From NCBI GenBank assembly GCA_036918135.1, contig JBALDB010000032.1:32001-96000 (forward strand): 64,000 bases of DNA, in the 5' to 3' direction. The first letter of the stretch is position 1; each line of letters begins with the position of its first letter. A program made the translations under genes and the position numbers. Shown piece by piece: positions 31,618-42,293 of the stretch. Below the pieces are notes generated by a model, which searched no databases, was not told the DNA's origin, and worked only from the letters and a program-made list of their open reading frames with translations. Origin of the DNA: Nostoc sp. (lineage in GTDB: Bacteria; Cyanobacteriota; Cyanobacteriia; Cyanobacteriales; Nostocaceae).

Positions 31618-32271
31618 ATGTTTCTATTGCTAAGCCGGATACTGCTGTGGCTGTTGATTGGCACTATCGTATATTCTCTGTTCCAGCGATTTTATCCTTC
31701 AGGAAGTTTTGTCGGGCGATTAATCTTAGTCATTGTGTTGATAATCATAGCCCTATCGTTTGTCAACCCCAGCGAACCAGCTGTGGCGTCGTTGTGGAGG
31801 ATGATCTCTTTTCCGCTCAAGCCTCTAGGAGCCTCTGTTTTAATGATGATTTTTGCAGCTCAGAGGATCAAAGGAGGTGGGATAGACAAACCAGGAGGAT
31901 ATTTAGTGGGTTGGGCACTAATGATTTTGCTGTTGGCAAGTACACCAGCAGTTGCCTATTTTCTTTATAGAGCACCTTTAGCAATGACAGGTGAAACCTA
32001 TGTAGCAACTGCTGTCCCAACATCTGGCACACTAGTGGCATTAAGTCAACAAACCACCACAGCAAACATTTCAGATGTGACGGGGGATAACATTCTTTCT
32101 TATAATTTGAGAGTGCCTCCTTACTTATTGCAAGGAAATCTTCAAGATATTCGCACACGCGGTTTACGACTTGAAGACTTTGTACCTAATGCAGAAACCC
32201 TGCAACTGACAACGAGAACTTGGGAAAGTTATCTCATTGAAATTTACAGGTTCTTGCGTGTTCAGCGGTAA
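31618..32271 (+). CDS. Conserved multi-pass membrane hypothetical protein
   Basis: 217 aa with about 4 hydrophobic helices; divergent from galE. Confidence 0.7.
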   Translation: MFLLLSRILLWLLIGTIVYSLFQRFYPSGSFVGRLILVIVLIIIALSFVNPSEPAVASLWRMISFPLKPLGASVLMMIFAAQRIKGGGIDKPGGYLVGWALMILLLASTPAVAYFLYRAPLAMTGETYVATAVPTSGTLVALSQQTTTANISDVTGDNILSYNLRVPPYLLQGNLQDIRTRGLRLEDFVPNAETLQLTTRTWESYLIEIYRFLRVQR

Positions 32272-32345
32272 GAAAGTAAAAAAGAAATACTCAAAAGGCC
32301 GCAATCCACATTCTAGTAACGTTTTTGAGAAGTCAAAAATTAAAA

Positions 32346-32476
32346 GGAGCCACTGCAGTGAGGCAGCCCTCTGATTGACGGTTTCCGTCGTTAGCGCAAG
32401 CGGTAGCGAGGAACGAGCTTCTGGGGGACTGCTCAACCCAAAGGGTCTTGGGGTTTCCCCCATGAGCAACTGCCGT
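32346..32476. repeat. Nested short dispersed repeats (GGAGCCA...CAACTG.CGT family)
   Basis: Outer ends resemble copies near 37007 and 39114; interior carries other palindromic units. Confidence 0.55.
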
Positions 32477-32630
32477 CAAGTGGCTCTCAAAAGTCAAAAA
32501 GCTGACTTTATTAGCTTTTGGGTAATTTTAAATGGTTGATTGACTTTTGTTGTAGTGTACTAGTGGCTGGATTAATTGCCTTGGGGGAGTCGCAGTTAAT
32601 CTTGGATGATAAAGTTGCAAAATTGCTTTA

Positions 32631-34382
32631 ATGGCAAAATCTCGAAGACTCGCTAAACTTGGTGCTTACCTTCGACCCCATTGGCGGGAAGTGTCTTTAG
32701 GCATTCTCGCTTTGTTGTCTGTTAATGCCTTGGGTGTTTATATCCCTTGGTTGATTCGGGATGGTGTTGACAAACTATCAGCAACCTTCACCTGGAATCA
32801 AATACTACATTACGTAGTTATTATTGTATTGCTCAGTTCAGCAATGTGGCTGATGCGTATGGCTTCACGCATTTGGCTATTTGGGGTAGGGCGTCAGGTG
32901 GAATTTGACCTCAAACAACGGATTTTTGAACACTTACTCAGGCTGGAACCGTCTTATTTTGCCAGTAATACTGCTGGTGATTTGATTAATCGGGCTACCA
33001 GCGATGTGGACAATATCAGACGGTTGTTGGGTTTTGCTGTCTTGAGTTTGGCAAATACAGTTTTTGCCTATGCTTTGACACTGCCAGTAATGCTAGCGAT
33101 TAGTGTGGATCTGACGCTAGCCTCTTTGGCAGTGTACCCCTTTATGTTCTTATTAGTGAGTTTGTTTAGCGATCGCTTACGCAAACAACAAGCAGTAGTT
33201 CAAGAGCAACTGTCTGAAATTAGCGAACTCATCCAAGAAGATATCAGTGGTATTGCTTTAATTAAAATTTATGCCCAAGAAGCAAACGAACGCCGAGCTT
33301 TTGCCAAGAAAAATCAGCAGCTATTGGCTGCTAATTTGGAACTGGCAAAAAGTCGAAATACGCTATTTCCGTTAATTGGCGGTCTAGCTAATGTTAGTTC
33401 GCTGGTAATTATCTGGCTAGGCGCGGGGCGAATGTCTTCCGGGACGCTTGCAGTTGGTGACTTTTTAGCACTGTTAATTTATGTGGAGCGTTTAGTTTTC
33501 CCCACTGCTCTTTTAGGGTTCACAATTACCACCTACCAACGAGGTGAAGTTAGTATCGACCGACTTGAATCTATTCTCAGTGTTACACCGAAAATTCAAG
33601 ACACAGCCGATGCAGTACATTTAACAGTGGATAAACTTAAAGGAGAACTGACGGCTAAAAATCTCAGCCACACTTATCCTGGTTCTACTACTCCAGCTCT
33701 AGTAAATGTTAACTTTACCATTGTTCCCGGAGAAACCGTGGCAATTGTTGGGGCAATTGGTTCGGGCAAATCTACTTTAGCCAATGCTTTGCCGCGTTTG
33801 TTGGATATTGAATCAGGACAATTGTTTTTAGATGGGCAAGATATTACTAAGATAGCCTTGGCAGATTTACGAAGTGCGATCGCCTACGTTCCTCAAGATA
33901 GTTTTCTCTTTAGTACCACAATCAAAAATAATATCCGCTACGGTGACCCAGTTAGCGAACAAGAAAAGGTAGAATCTGTAGCCAAACTAGCCCAAATTGA
34001 TACAGAAATTCATAATTTTCCCCAGCAATACGAAACTATTGTTGGCGAACGTGGCATTACTCTTTCTGGCGGTCAACGCCAACGCACTGCCTTAGCTAGA
34101 GCTATGCTAGTCGATGCACCAGTATTAATTTTAGATGATGCCCTCTCCAGTGTAGATAATCAAACAGCTACACAAATTCTCAAAAATCTCTCCACTGGTA
34201 CACAGCGGAAGACAGTAATTTTTATTACTCACCAATTATCTGCTGCTGCTGCTGCTGACCGAATTTTTGTTATGGAAAAAGGAGAAATCGTTCAGATGGG
34301 AAATCATTTAGAACTTGTACAACAACAGGGTCTTTACAGAAGTTTGTGGAGCCAGCATCAAGTTGAGGAATTACTACATTAA
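32631..34382 (+). CDS. ABC transporter, fused permease and ATP-binding domains
   Basis: Walker A GAIGSGKS, signature LSGGQRQR and ILDD; N-terminal TM domain. Confidence 0.92.
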   Translation: MAKSRRLAKLGAYLRPHWREVSLGILALLSVNALGVYIPWLIRDGVDKLSATFTWNQILHYVVIIVLLSSAMWLMRMASRIWLFGVGRQVEFDLKQRIFEHLLRLEPSYFASNTAGDLINRATSDVDNIRRLLGFAVLSLANTVFAYALTLPVMLAISVDLTLASLAVYPFMFLLVSLFSDRLRKQQAVVQEQLSEISELIQEDISGIALIKIYAQEANERRAFAKKNQQLLAANLELAKSRNTLFPLIGGLANVSSLVIIWLGAGRMSSGTLAVGDFLALLIYVERLVFPTALLGFTITTYQRGEVSIDRLESILSVTPKIQDTADAVHLTVDKLKGELTAKNLSHTYPGSTTPALVNVNFTIVPGETVAIVGAIGSGKSTLANALPRLLDIESGQLFLDGQDITKIALADLRSAIAYVPQDSFLFSTTIKNNIRYGDPVSEQEKVESVAKLAQIDTEIHNFPQQYETIVGERGITLSGGQRQRTALARAMLVDAPVLILDDALSSVDNQTATQILKNLSTGTQRKTVIFITHQLSAAAAADRIFVMEKGEIVQMGNHLELVQQQGLYRSLWSQHQVEELLH

Positions 34383-34472
34383 AAATAAGAATTTATAATT
34401 GAGAATACAGAATCAATTAGTGGTAGCTGTTGACTGTTAACAGTTGACACTCAACAGTTAACGGTCAATAAC

Positions 34473-35288
34473 ATGGGTAGCAAGATTTCACTTTCCCATT
34501 TAGTACTACTATGTGTATGTTTATTCTTATTTTTGATGATTGCTTTGTTTAAAATGCTTGGGATACAGGTTGAAACAACTTCCCTGCAAGTAGCCGAAGA
34601 ACAGTCAATAAAAGTTTTATTTATTGGCAACAGCTATACATATTTTAATGACCTCCCTTGGTTAACACAACAACTAGCTGAGTCGGCAAAAGAAACCAAA
34701 ACCCTTAAAAATGAAATGGTTGTAGTGGGTGGAGCTACACTAAAAAGTCACTGGAAACGCGGTGAAGCACTCAAGCTGATAAAAGCTAAACGCTGGGATT
34801 ACGTAGTACTGCAAGAGCAGAGTATTTTACCCATTACCGATCCCCAGGAAATGTATGAGTACGCTAATCTGTTTGATGCCGAGATTAAGCAAGTTAATTC
34901 TCGAACTGTATTTTACCTAACTTGGGCAAAGCAAAATCAACCAGAAACGCAAGAGATATTGACCAATTCATACATGAGCATTGCTAAAAAACTCAATGCT
35001 AAAGTTGCACCTGTGGGAATTGTTTGGCAAAAAGTTCGAGAAGCAAATCCGAAATTAAATCTTTATAGTTCTGATGGAAGTCATCCTAGTCCTATTGGCT
35101 CGTATGTCGCAGCATGTGTCTTTTATGCAACTTTTTACGAAAATAGTCCCGTAGGTTTGAGCCGTCGCATATATAGTACTAATTCTACTAATCCACAAAA
35201 AAACAACAGAATTGAGTTAGAAAGTTTAAGTAAAACAGATGCCCAAATAATTCAAAATTTGGTTGATAAGATTGTCATAAAAATCTAG
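34473..35288 (+). CDS. SGNH/GDSL-like hydrolase
   Basis: FIGNSY, VVLQEQS and DGSHP motifs. Confidence 0.75.
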   Translation: MGSKISLSHLVLLCVCLFLFLMIALFKMLGIQVETTSLQVAEEQSIKVLFIGNSYTYFNDLPWLTQQLAESAKETKTLKNEMVVVGGATLKSHWKRGEALKLIKAKRWDYVVLQEQSILPITDPQEMYEYANLFDAEIKQVNSRTVFYLTWAKQNQPETQEILTNSYMSIAKKLNAKVAPVGIVWQKVREANPKLNLYSSDGSHPSPIGSYVAACVFYATFYENSPVGLSRRIYSTNSTNPQKNNRIELESLSKTDAQIIQNLVDKIVIKI

Positions 35289-35343
35289 AAAAAACTTTTT
35301 TGATATCCTTGATGAAGTGAGTTATAAAAAAATTTATATTTTT

Positions 35344-36048
35344 TTACTTTGAGTGAGGTTGTCTTTGGGCATAATTGCACTTGGTTGAAAGAGGACAATC
35401 ATTACAAAGAGGATTTTGTGCCTTGCAAACCATCGCTCCAAAATCTAGCAAGGTTAAATTCCATTTACCAACTTTCTTATCGGGAGCAATTATTTCTGCT
35501 GCACCCCAAAGAATTTTACAGCGCGATTTCACTCTTTCTCCTTGCAAGCCAAAGAAGCGTTCGAGGATGCGAGCTACGTTAGTATCGAGTACGGCTAGCG
35601 GTTGATTGAAGGCTTGAGAACAGATAGCACGAGCTGTATATTTACCAATTCCAGGTAATTCAAGCAACTGCTTTTCTGAATTGGGGATTTTTCCTCCATA
35701 CTGCTCTAAAATGATGCGAGCACACTTTTGTAATCTTTCAGCGCGGAAGAAAAGGCCCAAAGGCTCAAGTAATTCGCTCAATTCATTAATGCTTGCTTTT
35801 ACTAGTTGCTCAAGCGTTGGATATTTAAAGAGAAATGTATTGTAGATAGGAACAACCGTAACTGCATCTGTTTTTTGCAACAAATGTTCTGCAACAAGAA
35901 TTGCGTAAGAATCGCAAGTCTGCCGCCAAGGAAAATTGCGTAAATTTTGTGTTTCCCATATAGACAGACGGTGGCGAAACCATTTAATTTTTTCAGCACC
36001 CAAATTTGAGGCTGCGTTTTCTTGAGGTTCTTTAGCCGCACTCTTCAC
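35344..36048 (-). CDS. HhH-GPD DNA glycosylase with Fe-S cluster (short MutY/MIG-like)
   Basis: LPGIGKYTA, LDTNV.R and C-X6-C-X2-C-X5-C; no C-terminal MutT-like domain. Confidence 0.85.
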   Translation of the reverse strand: MKSAAKEPQENAASNLGAEKIKWFRHRLSIWETQNLRNFPWRQTCDSYAILVAEHLLQKTDAVTVVPIYNTFLFKYPTLEQLVKASINELSELLEPLGLFFRAERLQKCARIILEQYGGKIPNSEKQLLELPGIGKYTARAICSQAFNQPLAVLDTNVARILERFFGLQGERVKSRCKILWGAAEIIAPDKKVGKWNLTLLDFGAMVCKAQNPLCNDCPLSTKCNYAQRQPHSK

Positions 36049-36270
36049 GATTGTTTATCTCAACTTAAATCTAGCAGATGATTGATTAGCGATCGCCTCT
36101 TAAATGCACTTTTAGTAATTATTAATACATTCATATCCAAGATACTGTAACCACTACTGAAACTTTACATAACTTTATAAAGTTCAGATGATTTATCGTT
36201 ATTATCACGTTAGTTTTTTGGGTTAGGTGGGTAGTATAAATTACCGAAAAACCTAATTTACTATCTAGCT

Positions 36271-36942
36271 ATGTTCAAAACTAAATTATCACCATTCCGT
36301 GCTACACGAGAATTTTATATCTCTAAGGTAGTCGATCGCCATATTGGAGCGATCGCAGCTTTAATTTTAATTAGCTTGCTCAGTTCGTGGAGTGGAACAC
36401 CAGCCATTCGCGCCATCTCTAATTCTTGGGAAGGTTTTCTCTGGGGAGTAGCAGATCCAGTCATTAGCTCAAAATGTTTAGTTGGTATTATTACTATTGG
36501 CTTACTATCAGCTATATTTGCTCGTGGCGCTTTGATAGTTGGATGTTTTGTCTTAGCAGCAGTTTTGGGTATTGTAATTCATTTATTCCAGCTAAATTTA
36601 CCAGGCACAGAAATAGCGTTGGCAATTTCTACTATCGTCTTAAGCATAATGTTGATAATGCCAAATCAAGCAAACTTTATAGTAGTTGCTTTAGCGAGTG
36701 TTAGTGTTGGTTTATTTCAAGGTTACACTCACGGACAATCGATAGTTGAAATACAAGTAATACCATTAATTATGTATATACTAAGTATGATATTAACTCA
36801 GCTTGCAGTTGCCATAAGTGTTAGACAAATTGGTAATGCAATGGGGATAGGTGAAACCAATCGAATTTTACCCTGGAAAATCAGTATTGCTGGCTTGTCT
36901 TTGTGTGCGATCGCCATCGTGTTTTTGAGCAATTCGATTTAG
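36271..36942 (+). CDS. HupE/UreJ family membrane protein
   Basis: GFLWG..DPV and FQGY.HG patterns; multi-TM. Confidence 0.7.
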   Translation: MFKTKLSPFRATREFYISKVVDRHIGAIAALILISLLSSWSGTPAIRAISNSWEGFLWGVADPVISSKCLVGIITIGLLSAIFARGALIVGCFVLAAVLGIVIHLFQLNLPGTEIALAISTIVLSIMLIMPNQANFIVVALASVSVGLFQGYTHGQSIVEIQVIPLIMYILSMILTQLAVAISVRQIGNAMGIGETNRILPWKISIAGLSLCAIAIVFLSNSI

Positions 36943-37837
36943 ACAGTCGAATATTTTACTTTAGGCAGTGACAAATAAAATAATATCCCACTGTTCGCAG
37001 TCAACAGGAGCCAGTCTGCTGTGGGGTTCCCTGAGTTGTACCGCTAACGCCAAATCATAGGGTAGCAACTGGTTCTCATCGGTCATCAGCCATCAACTTC
37101 AAATGGGATAATTTATTTCTGAGATTTCCCTCAATAAAATACAGTTATTCGTAGGGATGCACAGCTAACGTGTGTATCCCTATCACTTATTTCTTCAATG
37201 AGTACAAGTAATTAAGAATTATTTGCAAATACATATATAGTTATCCTTCAACTGCATAGCGTTTTGAGTAAAGAAAATTTAGACTGATTAATTTTGCGAG
37301 CAATAGCGATCGCCATTAATAAAAGTAATAAAATTAATAGTCTTACCAAAATCCTCTTCAGTTGTACTGAAAGATAAAAGGTAAATTGCAATTCTCAAAA
37401 TTGATAATTAGTACTTAAATAAATCCTGATTTATTGTCTTTGATAAATTGTTGGACGAAACGTTAAATAACAAGTGTATAATTACTTGGACTTAATGAAA
37501 CTATATACTTAGTTTAATTAAAAGTATCCATTTTAACTATATACTTACTTAAATTTAGTAAAATCTCTCAGGAGAATATAACCAGATTGATTAAAATATT
37601 TTTTAAAGAAGTATTTTTATATATAATTAACTATTTTAAATATCTAATTTAGAAGATTGATTAAAAAATGTAATTCATTAAGTACCTAAACACAACATAG
37701 GGTAGATGCATCAAGCAACAAAATCACACATATTATCGGAATAACAGTATTATCTAATGTTGGTACTGAAATTAATTATTTCAATTTAAATTAGGAATTT
37801 TACTAAGATGCTCTCTCAAAATTAGGGTGGTAAAGAA

Positions 37838-38137
37838 ATGATTTCAACCGGAGTTGAAGTAAAAATAAATCGCTTGGAATCTATTGTCGAACAAATTGGG
37901 GAAGCTGTACTTTTAACTACTGAGGCAATTGAACGTCTTGCGGAAAGATTGGAGACTGTCAGCACACAACTCGAAGTACAGGGACAGCAGGTGCAGCAAC
38001 AAGGCTATCAAATTGTTGCTTTATGTGATGCAGTACAAACTCTTGCCGAATCTCAGCATAATTCACTGCAAAAACTTAACGACTTGACACAAACTCTAGA
38101 TAGATTTATGGGCTTAATTCAAGGAGCGGGTGATTAA
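37838..38137 (+). CDS. Small coiled-coil hypothetical protein
   Basis: 99 aa heptad-rich ORF with ATG start. Confidence 0.6.
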   Translation: MISTGVEVKINRLESIVEQIGEAVLLTTEAIERLAERLETVSTQLEVQGQQVQQQGYQIVALCDAVQTLAESQHNSLQKLNDLTQTLDRFMGLIQGAGD

Positions 38138-38197
38138 AAAGTAAAAAGAACTATCAACTTAATCTTTCTTTTACCTTGTGACTGCTTTTGCTTTGTG

Positions 38198-38875
38198 TCA
38201 AACTCTTAATTTAGTTACAGCAATATTACCAGAAAAACACACATCTACATCGCTACCAGGAGTGCGATCGCGTTTACTATATTCCCCAACATAATAAAAA
38301 TCATTACCCTCAATCCGATAATTGACGGGTAAAGGTTTGATACACGGTTGGCAAAACACCACCTCAGGATCTCGTTCTCCTGGTTGCTGATGTGGCAAGT
38401 TTACATTCCAGAAGCTTCCTGGTTCCAAAGGACGCTTGAGTAAGTCCGCTAAAACTTCAGTTGTCAATTTTGCGGCTAAATCCCAATCGAAATTTTGCTT
38501 GGCTTTGCGATAGTGGGAAATAGCAATTCCAGGAATACCGTGCATTGCAGCTTCTCGCACAGCTGCAACTGTACCAGAAATGTAGGTATCAACTCCCAAG
38601 TTACCCCCAGCATTGATACCTGAAAGTACGTATTTGACATCCGCAGTAATTTGTGTTAAGGCAATTCTTACACAATCAGCGGGAGTGCCAGCGATCGCAT
38701 ATTCAGTTTCAGAACGTCGCTGGAGTTTGATAGCACGAGTGGTGGTGACTTGATGTCCACAGCCGGACTGATGCTCAGCAGGAGCTGCAACAATAGCATT
38801 TTTGCCTACAGCTTTGACCAGCGCTCGGATACCAGGGGCGTCTATGCCGTCATCGTTAGTTAAAATTATGGTCAT
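38198..38875 (-). CDS. surE: 5'/3'-nucleotidase SurE
   Basis: ILTNDDG, GTPADCV, SGIN.G.N.G and SGTVAA motifs. Confidence 0.92.
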   Translation of the reverse strand: MTIILTNDDGIDAPGIRALVKAVGKNAIVAAPAEHQSGCGHQVTTTRAIKLQRRSETEYAIAGTPADCVRIALTQITADVKYVLSGINAGGNLGVDTYISGTVAAVREAAMHGIPGIAISHYRKAKQNFDWDLAAKLTTEVLADLLKRPLEPGSFWNVNLPHQQPGERDPEVVFCQPCIKPLPVNYRIEGNDFYYVGEYSKRDRTPGSDVDVCFSGNIAVTKLRV

Positions 38876-39622
38876 GTATTTATATTGATATAAATTTAAC
38901 TTAAACAATTTCTCGAAAAATTATTGGCATTGCCGAATTAAAATGTGAAATGCAAAAATTACACTTCTTTAATTGGCATTGCATAAATGCAGGATAATTA
39001 TTACAGATTTTTCTTTACACGCCAGTTGCTACCCTCCGAAAACCGCCTTCGGCGGCGTATACAAGTCTCTGTGTTAGTGCCTGCCTTGTCTTCGTGATGG
39101 CACTCGCTCATGGGGAGCCAGTCCGTTGCAGGAGTTCTTGCCATTGTCAGAACTGCGTGGAAAGACTGTGTTCTGGGCGTTGCCTTGCCTTTTTTTGCTT
39201 GCAACTAAATTGATAATTTCCATACAGCAATGCCAAATTCTTTTTCTAGTCAAAAATAAAAAATGCAGATATCACCCTTCAATCGGTGTAGCAGCTACTA
39301 CTTGCAGATATGAAAAAAATAACGTTGATTATACCAAAAATATCCATAATACGATATCATTTCTAGATGGTTTGCAAATTCCGCCCTCAGCATTTGGGTT
39401 AATTCCCGAAAGGGCGGTATTTCTTGTAAGTAATCGGTGGGTTAGCCTCAAGTTTGATGCTTCTAGTCCTCTGCAAAACAAATTTGTGCAATAAAAAATC
39501 CTGTAAAATATATATCTGCTGGCAGTAGCAGAAGCTTCGTTATTGGACAAAACTCGGAACTAGGTGATTTTTACAGTAGTTCTATAGTATTTTTGGTGCA
39601 AACCCGTCTGAGAGTTAATACG

Positions 39623-40360
39623 ATGAAACATCTCCTCAAACAAGTATTTAGCAATCCAAAAGATTTTATCCGGTTAATTTTACCATTGGTGACGGTTACT
39701 TTAGCAGCTTTACTGTTTACCGCACCTGCTTTAGCCACGGGTGTGTATCAAATACCTAACCTCACATCAGGGAATGACACCTGGGTTTTAGATCAAGGTG
39801 ACGTGATCAGTCGTGTGAATGAAGGTAAGATTACCAGCGCTTTCGAGGATTTGGCAAAGCAAACTGGAAATGAAGTCAGAATCGTTACTATTCGCCATTT
39901 TGATTACGGGGAAACACCGGAAAGTTTTACTAAAGAACTGTTTGAAAAATGGTTTCCAACGAAACAAGCCCAAGCTAATCAAACTTTATTAGTTCTTGAC
40001 ACAGCCACTAACGGCACCGCCATTATCACTGGGGATCGGGTTAAGTCTTTGCTCACAGACTCTATTGCCGAGAGTGTAGCTAATGACACCTTGAGTGTAC
40101 CCTTAAGAAAAGGTAATAAATACAACCAAGCGTTTACAGATACTAGCGATCGCCTCGTAGCAGTCCTTTCAGGCAAGCCCGATCCCGGCCCGCCCGAAGT
40201 AGCTGATAATGTGCAGGTAGAAGGTACCTTCAAGAAAGCAGAGGAAACTGACCAAGGTAGCGCTACTGCTTGGGTAATAGGATTGTTAATTGCCGCCACC
40301 ATTATTCCAATGGCGACTTATTACATTTATCTAATAAATCAGCCATCATCTAATGGGTAG
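39623..40360 (+). CDS. psb32: TPM-domain photosystem II repair protein
   Basis: Signal peptide, ATGVY, TPM domain and C-terminal TM (ATIIPMATY). Confidence 0.8.
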   Translation: MKHLLKQVFSNPKDFIRLILPLVTVTLAALLFTAPALATGVYQIPNLTSGNDTWVLDQGDVISRVNEGKITSAFEDLAKQTGNEVRIVTIRHFDYGETPESFTKELFEKWFPTKQAQANQTLLVLDTATNGTAIITGDRVKSLLTDSIAESVANDTLSVPLRKGNKYNQAFTDTSDRLVAVLSGKPDPGPPEVADNVQVEGTFKKAEETDQGSATAWVIGLLIAATIIPMATYYIYLINQPSSNG

Positions 40361-40439
40361 TGCGAGAGTTAGGAGTTTTGAGTTAGGAGTTAGGATTTTT
40401 GACTCCTCACTCTTAACTTTTAACTCCTCAGTTTATACT

Positions 40440-40841
40440 TTAATCTTGAATATACTCTTGTTCTGTAACTAAAGCCACTTCAGCCCGGACAAATTCTCGA
40501 CCTAAATAAGCTGCATGATTTAATTGAGTAACAGGAGGGGGTTGAGTTTCCTCAAAGATTTTCACGCAAAGTTCTTTCGCTGTTCTGCCATTAAAAACTG
40601 TGGTATGAGTTCGTTCTACCTTTTCTCGTGCGGGAATTACTTTTCCCGTTTCTGGATCGACTGCTAAACCACGCTCATCAATCACATTTGTAAAATGCTT
40701 GGCATAAATTAACCCTGCGTCCCTATCCAAATAAATAATGAAATATCCACCAGGATCGAGGTCAATATGACGCCGAGAAAGTTGCTCGTCAATTACTGCT
40801 AAATCTTTAACCATTAAATCGGTAAGCATTATCAAAAGCAA
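40440..40841 (-). CDS. DUF4346-like protein
   Basis: LDPGGYF and HAAYLGRE motifs, C-terminal Y.QD. Confidence 0.7.
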   Translation of the reverse strand: MLLIMLTDLMVKDLAVIDEQLSRRHIDLDPGGYFIIYLDRDAGLIYAKHFTNVIDERGLAVDPETGKVIPAREKVERTHTTVFNGRTAKELCVKIFEETQPPPVTQLNHAAYLGREFVRAEVALVTEQEYIQD

Positions 40842-40989
40842 ATTTTTTTCTTAAGAGTTTTTACACTCTATCTCAAGTGTAATTCGTTGTTGAGTCTCTA
40901 AGTTGTAAGTAGAAAGTAGAGAAAATCCTACTTTCATACTTGGTGGTATACAAAGTTCATTGAGACGGACTTTGAATTATTTAAGAATC

Positions 40990-42165
40990 TCATCGGTTAC
41001 TAAATGGCAACTCTGCATTAATTGCCTCAATCTCTTGCTGTTGGAGTTGATTTACTTCTTTAAGATAGGGGCGTATAATTTGTCCTAAACGATTATTGTA
41101 AAAGCGGTGCAGACTGTGATTAGGCATAGCTGGGAAACCGCGCCGTTTTTTGTGGCGTCCACCAGCGCCAGGGTCAAAAATTTGGATTCCGTTAGCGATC
41201 GCCCACTCAATCGGCGCATAATAGCAAGCATCAAAATGCAAGCAATCTATTTCTTGAAAACTGCCCCAATAGCGTCCATAGAGTTTGTCAGCTTTAAACA
41301 AACAAAAAGACATTCCTAAAGCATGAGAATTATCTTGCTCGCTATATGCAGCAAATAATAAAACTCGATGGCGATAATCAGTCTGTAGCTGCTCAAAAAA
41401 CCGTTGTGTGAGATACTTGCTACCCCACCAGCCAAATTTATCACAGGTATCAGCATAAAACTGATACATCAAACGAAAGCTAGACTGAGAAATTTCATTC
41501 CCAGTTAACGGCTGCAATCGTAAACCGGCCTTTTCCACAGCTTTACGTTCCCGCTTGATGTTGCGACGCTGATTGGCGTTAAACACTTGCAAGTAGTCAT
41601 CAAAAGTTTTAAAACCAGAATTTTCCCAGATGTAGCTGTGGTGCAGCCAACTTGTAAAGCCATGCTGTTCTAACACAGGACGCCATTGGGGATCGACGAA
41701 AAGAAAATGACAGCCAGAAATTCGATTTTTAGCACAGAAAGTGTCAATTTCATGCACCATTATTGCTGTAATTTCATTCTCATCTTCTCCTGGAGCAATT
41801 AAAAATCGATAACCTTCAGCGGGGGTAAACGGTGTCATTCCTAGTAGCTTAGGATAATACCGTATACCAATGCGATCGGCTAATTCTGCCCATTGATGAT
41901 CGAAAACAAATTCACCAGAACTATGTCCTTTTAGATAAAGTGGGGCAGCAGCAATGAGTGTTCTATCTCGCCACAATGTCAAATGATTTGGCAACCAACC
42001 AGTTTTAGCCGTAACACTTTGGGAAGTTTCGAGATTATTTAGCCACTCCCACTCTAAAAAAGGCGTTTTGAGTGGCATTGCCAAAGCATTCCAGGCATTT
42101 TTGGATACTTCGGCGATTTTGTCCGTCCAAACAACAGAATAACGGGGCTTGAGTTGTTCCACCAT
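40990..42165 (-). CDS. GNAT/FemAB-like protein (DUF482)
   Basis: HS.GEFVFD..WA, LYGRYWG and HKKRRGF motifs. Confidence 0.85.
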   Translation of the reverse strand: MVEQLKPRYSVVWTDKIAEVSKNAWNALAMPLKTPFLEWEWLNNLETSQSVTAKTGWLPNHLTLWRDRTLIAAAPLYLKGHSSGEFVFDHQWAELADRIGIRYYPKLLGMTPFTPAEGYRFLIAPGEDENEITAIMVHEIDTFCAKNRISGCHFLFVDPQWRPVLEQHGFTSWLHHSYIWENSGFKTFDDYLQVFNANQRRNIKRERKAVEKAGLRLQPLTGNEISQSSFRLMYQFYADTCDKFGWWGSKYLTQRFFEQLQTDYRHRVLLFAAYSEQDNSHALGMSFCLFKADKLYGRYWGSFQEIDCLHFDACYYAPIEWAIANGIQIFDPGAGGRHKKRRGFPAMPNHSLHRFYNNRLGQIIRPYLKEVNQLQQQEIEAINAELPFSNR

Positions 42166-42293
42166 TGTGTGGGTTGTTAAGCGAGTGGGGATTGGGGACT
42201 GGGGACTGCGGACTGGAGACTGGGTATTGAGTATGAAAAAACTAATCCCTTATCCCTAGTCCCTAAGCCTTAATCCCCAGTCCCTTACTTAGC

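Noticed and set aside
36943..37837. Long AT-rich intergenic region
   Set aside because: Apart from small repeats, no ORF or structured RNA could be supported.
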